A DNA stretch of 50,221 bases from Bigelowiella natans CCMP2755 (Eukaryota; Protista; Cercozoa): positions 1-50,221 of the forward strand of contig ADNK01001248.1 in assembly GCA_000320545.1 (NCBI GenBank), given 5' to 3'. Below are positions 41,847-50,221 of the stretch, piece by piece. Under the pieces are notes generated by a model that saw only the letters and a program-made list of their open reading frames with translations, did not search any database and had not been told where the DNA came from. A program made the translations under genes and the position numbers. Positions within the stretch are counted from its first letter, which is position 1. Each line of letters begins with the position of its first letter.

Positions 41847-43505
41847 CTATGCCAAAAAATCATCAAGATTCACAGCCGCTTTTTTCACAGCTTCTTTTGC
41901 TTCTTTCGCTTGTGCAAGTACCTTCAGTCAAATTAAAAAAAAAGGATAATGGAATAACGATCCCAATATGTACATATATAGCATAGCATATATATTATAT
42001 TTAAAGGAAACACCCCCAAGCTACAAATGCCAACAATACGTGTGCATGTTTCCGTCTAAATTCATTACCTCTCTGACATACTTCACCCACACAGAGAAGA
42101 CTTTTTCATCCGGTGCACGTAGTTGCAACACCTGATATATCATACACATACACAAGAGATAATATGAGTACAGGTATATTAAATCCAATGCATAGAGTAT
42201 GTTGATATGCTGAGGACCCTCCCCATTCAAGGCAAGATAGACTGTTCTCTGCTCTCTTCCAGGTTAGAAGACAATGCATCCCCCCCCCCCCCCTAGGCAC
42301 ATCCACTTGTTGCATGCCAACACACCGGTTACCATTGTTTTCATCTTTCACATGTGGGGTTATTCATCGTATTGAAAGAGGAGGCGGCGTGCAGGGGCAG
42401 AGCGGTAAAAGGGGGAAGACGAAACAGACACCCGATGATCACTTACCGATTTCGATAAGATGATTTCGAATTCAAATCTCTTATTCTTCTTCTTAGTATC
42501 CTGTTGAATGGCACGGTGGAAAGGAAAAGGAAGAGATTCAGCTAGTCCCCGAGAAATGGGGAAGAGAGGAACACAGAGTAGCATCAAAATTTTGAGATCG
42601 GAATCCAATTTATCGACGCGGAAAGCACCGATGACTTCTGTCCCGCGAACTCGACTACTCGGTGCATAAGTTATCGGCGCTTTCACTACCGCCGGACTCT
42701 CTGGGAAGATTGCCCTTTTTTTTGGGGCAAATCTTGTGTCCGCGCCTCGCGCAAAACAGCTCTATCATATTTTCGTTCGGTAGAAACATGTGAAGTGCAT
42801 CCGGATATACATCATAGGCTATATTGCAACAGAAGGCACTGCCTACGACGATGGCATCTACTACTTCTTCCGCGACGATCTTCACGATTTCTTCCATTTT
42901 CCACTCAAGCGCAGTGACGTTGGCCTTGCCCCATGCGATGTGACCTTCGGTGATAATGCAAGTAACCGATGTCATCATGATGATAATGACGATGATGATG
43001 ATGATAGTGGTGAGGGGCAGGGAGCTGCAGATGGAGGGTATCACAAATCCTGGCGCGTCGGTGGCGGAAAGAATAGAGGACAGAAGGCACGACAATAGCA
43101 GCTATGATAGGCTTGATATCAAGGCAGACAAAGGGCAGTAGCAACTATCACGGGTGCCTGTAGGTCATGGTTATCATCGATTTGGAAATGGCAGCACAAC
43201 CGTCCTGATGCACTTCAAAGCTCCTATCCTGCCACCGAGAGAACAATCCGGAGCGCACCTGCACACCACCCACCCCCGCCCAAAAAAAACATCGGAATGA
43301 CATCAACGAGTCACAACAAAAGCGAGAGGGAAAGCGCATCTTGGAGGAAAACCAATTTTCCGACGCGTGTATTCTTTTTCTTGGTTTAAATGAATAACAA
43401 GAAACACACGCGAGATGAAGCTGCACAGCAAGAGAATATTTGCCATCACCGTGGTTGTACTGATAATTTGCTGCCTCGAATAGCGGTATCCGCCAAATAT
43501 AATAC

Positions 43506-43550
<45 letters not shown>

Positions 43551-44191
43551 GTGACGGTTGACCTTCTTTTTGAGCATGCCCCCCCTCCAAACCTTCTTCA
43601 GCATGACTTTTTGATCCTGTCGCATGTATGCAGGTATTCAGTTGTTATTTTTGATCACCGTCGCCGTTGCCATCCATTGCAAGCACGCGACACGAAGATG
43701 CGTGGGTCTCGGCGTGCGTGTGTGATGCAAAGTGTTTGCCTTTCTGACCTCGCTGCCGCCCCCCTCTACTTCTTCCACAGTTGGAAGCTTCACCTGCGAT
43801 AAGTTCATAATCATGTATTATTATTATTATTATTATTACTACTACTACTACAGCTACATGCGCCGTGGAGGAACCGAATGAGGGAGAGAGAAGAAGAAAA
43901 TACTAGATCGACAACACGAAGAAGATGAAAACGAGAGAACACGATAATGCGATGCATAAAGTCGTAGAAAAGGCCCTTGTTATGTCCTATGGCAATTTAT
44001 CAGCGAGGAAGATACGGTGATGATAATAATAATCCCTCTGCTACCTACCACTGATTCCAGATTGATCTTTGTGTTGTCTGTTTTTTCCTGAAGAAGAAAA
44101 AGAAAACGATAAAAAAAAAGGGTTATAAATGCATGTTTGAGGGAGTAATGCAAGAGTGTGTGTGGATGAATGACGTGCGGCTGATTTGCAC

Positions 44192-44229
<38 letters not shown>

Positions 44230-44797
44230 GTGCCTTTCTGAGGTAAGTTGGCTTGTGGATGGAGGGAATTCATGCAGTAATCGTGACCAGCACAATTACA
44301 ACAACGCGGACATTGCGCAATACACACACACACACACATCATTTACACATCATTAACACCGCATATGATGAGGAAGATTCACCCCCAAATGATCAAGCGA
44401 CCAAATTCAAATATGATGATGAGAGAAAGGAAGCCGAAAAACCGTTATCATCAGTCTCATCAATTTAATTGTATGGAGTTACGAGCTCAAAAGCACATTC
44501 ACCGATATATAAAGCTGGTACTACTTTATACATGCATTATATGCAATGGCTACATTTATGGTTGATTTCGCAAGTGATGATGATACGTGATGATGATACG
44601 TGATGATGATGATGATGATGGATACGCACGTACCACGTGCGTGATGCGGATTTTGATTTGGCCAGAGACTTCGTCATTAGGATGATCGACGCGTGTATCT
44701 AGCTTTAAGTCGAACAACGCGGTGCTGTCCTGTTTGATCCACAATCATATAAGAATAGACGTCAATAACACCACACACACACACACACACACACAAT

Positions 44798-44847
<50 letters not shown>

Positions 44848-45387
44848 AATAGAGAGACAACAACCCTACCCCCCCTCTCCCCCTCTTTGCTGCGCGCTTG
44901 CTTATAATTTGTTACAACCTCCATGCCAGGGTTCTGCAGCGCCGCGTTTCGAATGCCTAATGGCCCGGTAGGCCGGTGTGCAACGGTGCGGACATTAGCA
45001 TCACACTACTCATCATTGACGGTATGCAGCAAGGGAAAGGCCATCTTAACGTGAATGCAGATAGAAGTTGTTGATTGCTGTAGGTGTCTTTACCTTCGAG
45101 AATATCACTGCGCGACATGGAGCACACCCCTGTGTGAACAAAGCATACACCATTCAGTCATTCATCATCATCGTCGTCGTCGTCGTCGCTGTCTTCGCAA
45201 ACGAAAGCGAAATTCTGAGCTCTTCTTGGTATGTTCGATGTTGCCTCTCCCCCCCCCCCCAACTCTCCCCCTTCTCTTTCGTTTTCATCTTCCTCGCCCC
45301 CCACCCATGAAGTCGTTGTAGCCAACGTAGTCATGATCCCAGACGTTAAAATCGATCCGACTGAAGTTACCGCGAACCTTTGTTGAA

Positions 45388-45461
<74 letters not shown>

Positions 45462-45597
45462 GGAGAGAGCGCAGATTCCATTTAGATACTTTCCCTCTAC
45501 AGCAACCATCAGCCTCATGAGCTAGGCGCCCGTCGTCAGACGAGTCTACATCTTCGTCGTCGCATTATCGACTGCTTTTGCTACTACTACTACTACA

Positions 45598-45628
<31 letters not shown>

Positions 45629-46351
45629 CTTCTTCTTCTCCGACCTTCTCTGGAATCTTTGTGAACATGTGATTCCAGCGTGGATTCAGAGTCTTCGGGA
45701 TCTTCGGCGTTTGGGCCTGGAAGAGTATACGTTATAATTGTGCGTATGTTTTGTGCGTGCTTACTGTGTGTGCTGCGGCGTCCAACAGAGGAATCAAAAA
45801 GAAAGAGAGCTTAGATGGACCTGCCGCTATCTCTCACCCCTTTCCTACTCTCTCTGTCCTTTTCCGCACCGACAACAGGTGTAAGAGGAACGGCATGACG
45901 ACGTCTCTCTTTCATCTTCTTCTTCTGTGCCTCTTTTATTCGGTGCGGCAGGTTGGTTAAGCATAGTCGAAAGCGAGCAGCTTACCTTAAAAAGAACCCC
46001 GCCGGCTGTATCATGAATAGTCATCACGACGTATGGGTCGGACGTGTCCCCTAATCATATATAATATAATATAATATATATATATATATATAATATGTAT
46101 TGTGTGTATGTGTGTGTGTTACAATGCTTCGAGTGCTTCATTCATTGAGAGAACACAGTAATGAGCTCATTCTTCTGGTGTTTGACCGTCTTTCGGCGCA
46201 AGCTTGCTCCCCTCCAGAATGGCCACCTCAAGTTCCCATTGCCTGATAATGATGACGATGAGGAAGATGATGGTTGATGATGGTTGATGATGATGATGGT
46301 CATCAGCGTGGAGGCACGCATCATGACAACGTGTACGTATCATCTAAATAA

Positions 46352-46397
<46 letters not shown>

Positions 46398-47683
46398 TTT
46401 TGACTTATTAGAATATCAATTGATGTATTTATGTTTATATTGCATGCAGCAGCCTGGGTGTTTGCTCCTACTTCTTCTCATCTCCTTCAAGCGACGTCTG
46501 TAGCCGCTGTAGGCCCTCAGAAAGCTTTTATAGAAATAATGCAACATAGCACAGTACAGCAAACAGAATTTCAAACGGAACTAGCCATCCCCCCCCCCCC
46601 CTCCTAAACTATTCGATGGAAGTTGCTTCCATGGTGCGAGGACGACGATCGATGAAGGCATCATGAAACGGAGGAATGGATCTCAAGTTCTCTCCCCCCC
46701 CCCCCTTTCTCCCCAACTGAGAACAGCGGAGGAGAAATACTTTACCCTACGACACGGCAGGAGACCAAATGGCGAATTCCCTGTGCTGCAACTACGATTA
46801 CTACTACCATTTACAACTACCTGGAGAGAATTCGTCTTTTCTAATTCGAAACCCTTCTTCAGCCCTTTATCGATGGCGTGCCGGACCTACAACAACAACA
46901 ACAACAATAAATAACTTCTCTCCCAATGCGAGTAAGCAGCAACCACCTTCTTGGGGAGGTCTTTGCGCGCCAACGCCACGTGGCCACCTGCAAAAGGCAT
47001 TGGTTTGCCCGAAGAAGAACATTACAGATAAGATACTATCATCATTTGGCGGGGAGGAGGAGGAGGAGGAGGAGGCGTCTTTTTCAGGTGCAATGATGTG
47101 TGAACTGTGCGCTGTATCTTACAGATTTCGCGGATTTCCTCCTTCGAGAAAGCGCGCTGAGCTTGCAGGCATGCCTTCGGACAGCAGGAAAAGACGACGA
47201 GAACAATAACAACAATAATAAGAACAACATAAAAAACAGCATTAACACAACAGTAACCCAGCAAAAGTATTATCATTCAAACGGTATCCTCATCATCACC
47301 ACGGGGAGGGAGAGAGAGGGAGAGAGAGGGAGAGAGGGAGAGAGAGAGAGAGCACGCAGAGAAGATAGAAGGGATCTCACAGGCATAACTTCACGTCGCA
47401 GCAAGCTTCCACGCTTGTGCTATGCACATGCTATGCACATACCTTGAATTCGATGATAGCGGTGATCACATCCTCCTCACTGGGGGGCACCGAGAGCACG
47501 TTATCGACCATGAGAATCACAGATAAATTGTCCATCAGCATCTTCTGCTTCTCCTCGGCCATGTCGGTGTCCACCTAACATACATCGTTATCATTATATC
47601 ATTAATTCTTCATTATCATTATTATTATCACTCTGGCTGCATCCATTGTCTACGTGCTCTTTAATTGTGCGTTTGGTGATATA

Positions 47684-47720
<37 letters not shown>

Positions 47721-48151
47721 GTAGTAACCGTGGAGATGATAGCTTTATAGTCGCGTTTGACTCCCTCCTTGAACTTCCCGCGCTGAAGGTCACCTTTGAG
47801 GAGAAGGCGAAGGATCACAGGTAAGAGTGATGTGCTGTCGCACCGGACGCTTATCATGCATTTCTCCGTTCTTCTGCCCCCCCCCCCCCTCCCCCCCCCA
47901 AACTCCAAATTTTTATTTTATTCAGGTTTCTTTCTGACATATCACGTTCACAACCCACGCCGCGAGCGGCAAGGCGATAGAACAGCACGTGAATGAACGA
48001 AGACATTCTCAGATCATCGACTGCGCGACTCTCTGCGTTGCGTTTGCGCTACACTCACCGATATTCTTCCGACCGATTTCGCGCAGATACTCCAAGCTGT
48101 TACGCCAATATCAACAAGAATACGGTGTGAGTGGGGCTATCTATATACGCT

Positions 48152-48189
<38 letters not shown>

Positions 48190-48553
48190 TGAAATATATA
48201 TGATTGGCACATACCCAACTCTCAAGATACATTGAGTGGACACTAGGAAGGCCATGTCTTCATTCGTCATCACGTCATCTGCCGTGAATGCCTCCAGACC
48301 GCCCTGTTATCATGGATGGACGACACACACACCAACGCCAACAGCGCATATTGACAAAGCGTTTCTATATGCAGGGACGCGAGACGCGAACACGTTGAAA
48401 ATGATGATGATAATAATAATAATAATGATAATGATATAATGTAAATATTCAGCTGGTGAATGGCACCCCTATCCTCTCAAAGAGGTGGCTCATGATCGGA
48501 GAGTCCTCCTTCGTCCATTCTGGCGTGAACAGCGCGCTGAAGATCTAAGATGA

Positions 48554-48601
<48 letters not shown>

Positions 48602-49606
48602 TGTGTATGTGTAGCAGCAGGAGTGGTGATGAAACCATGAGCTGCCCCCCCCCCCCCTTCCCTTCCTCCCTCCTTCCTGTAAAGCACACCTCGTCGCAGT
48701 TCTGCAGGACGAGCGCTGCGAGTAGTCCTGCACATCTCTCAGCCTAGAGGGAACGAAGGAAACAGAGGCATGATAAGCAGGGGGAGGAGGAGAGGGAGGG
48801 CGGGAGGATAGGGTAAGCATTGTGCGGAGGAGTCTTTGTTCTGTGCGTTCTCATGCGTCGTTTGGTTTGAACGACGACATCATCAAAATCGCGAGATGTG
48901 CGTGTTATTTCCTGTATCCTCCTCCTCCTCCTCCTCCTCCTCCTCCTCTCTTCTTCTTCTTCTTCTTTCAGAATCATCATTTTTCACACAGGGCCTAGAC
49001 GCAGTAGAGGTGCTCGTCCCGTGGAAACAACAACAACAACAAAAAGAAGAAAAGGATGAACGGCAACCTGCTTCTTAAAGAGATTGACAATGTCGTTGAA
49101 GTTGTTCGTAATGCTTTTGTAGTCATCAACGTCCATCTTATTAGGGATAGTTATTGTAAGCAATTAGTTATCAAGGCAAGCGATTTAAGAGATTGAGTGA
49201 GTGAAGGGGGAGGAGAAAGATCAGAGGCACAAAATTAAAACATGCATGCTATGTAGTAGCACGTACAAACACACACGCGCACCCTACGTAACACACGCAA
49301 TCGATTGCTGAAACGTTTCTGAGCTATGTGGATTCTGGCCTCCCGCATCTCCCTCCTCCTTCCTATGATTCCTATTGCTATACTACTGCTCCAACTTCTT
49401 ATTCTTCTTCTTCTTCTTCTTCTTCTTCAACTACTACTACTACTACCACGTAGCGGTCTTTGAGTTTCTGCCGTACGCTGTTCGCATACTTGGAAAACAG
49501 CTCAAAATTGTTTATCTGAATGTTTATAAATTATTTTTATACATGTTTGCGTGTGCGTGCGTGTTCAAAAAGGGAGACCCAACATTAGAATACACACCAC
49601 CGCCAC

Positions 49607-49658
<52 letters not shown>

Positions 49659-50221
49659 CAGAATGTGTGAAGGAACTTCGGCCTTAGAGAAGCAACAAGC
49701 TAAGAAAACAGGTTTGCCTCCAAAAACATCATAACACTGGGGATTACAACTAGGGATTATTTTGTATAGGGTGGGGGGGGGGGGGGGGGCGAGAGAGAAA
49801 GAGAAGAGAATCCGATGAACCATCATCATGCTTTATGTCCCCGTCATGTAAAACGACGACACATAACATATGCTTCTTATTCTTATCATCATTCATTAGC
49901 ATTCATTAGCCTGCCGATCAGTGAGTATGACTTGTGCTATCAGCCAGTAGTGGTCTTTCTCGACGAACCCAGCTTTGCTCTTCAAACTGCTCGACCCGCT
50001 GATGGTGTTGAAGGCAATGTGTAGGATGTTAGAGGGTTGTCTCAGAAAAGGAGCACATTTTACTTCAACACACACACACACACACACACACAGACGCGCG
50101 CGCGCGCACACACACAGGCACGCAGGAGGATCGATTGAAAAGAGCCCCAACACATTTATTCTTTTCTTCAAAGGTAAAGCCACTATGCTATATTGGAAGC
50201 TAGATTTATCGTTGTTCTACT
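41847..50221 (-). CDS. Long multi-exon protein with a C2 domain and a probable C-terminal PH domain; 5' part unresolved and probably beyond the window
   Basis: C2 motifs on successive exons: GDTSDPYVVMTI (about 46020-46052), AQTPKIPKTLNPRWNHMF (about 45660-45717), RIDFNVWDHDYVGYNDFMG (about 45305-45360), VSGQIKIRITHV (about 44635-44670). PH-like motifs GGMLKKK|VRSGLFSRWQDRSFEV..KRFEFEI..VLQLRAPDEKVFSVWVKYVRE. Last exon ..AVNLDDFLA* has TAG at 41847-41849. Further minus-strand exon-like segments extend to about 50000. Confidence 0.65.

Overview
Eukaryotic nuclear DNA from an intron-rich, microsatellite-rich protist. The style is compatible with a chlorarachniophyte or rhizarian-like alga, but the sequence alone does not establish this. 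I reconstructed 12 spliced protein-coding genes by hand from GT-AG introns and protein motifs: an NSD-type multi-PHD protein (3' part), a small 4-TM membrane protein, Enhancer of polycomb-like, a cyanobacterial-type DUF218/YdcF protein, a JmjC/cupin oxygenase, an ABHD17-like hydrolase, an AGC kinase, sortilin/VPS10, a thrombospondin type-1 repeat protein, a RING-PHD-Tudor-knot protein, a signal-peptide ankyrin protein and an RBR E3 ligase with a 141-bp internal repeat. A thirteenth, long C2+PH gene is only partly resolved. I recognised no rRNA, tRNA, CRISPR array or intact transposon. The most striking unexplained signal is a set of discrete intergenic tracts (7995-8480, 33330-34117, 40500-41315, and weaker ones at 5312-5640 and 36647-36929) where TpA has almost disappeared except inside CTAG, while TG, CA and CG are abundant. 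Degenerate repeat copies at 40371-41063 show TA vs TG/CA and reciprocal TG vs CA differences. Together these suggest a regional TpA->TpG/CpA hypermutation system, opposite in direction to fungal RIP.
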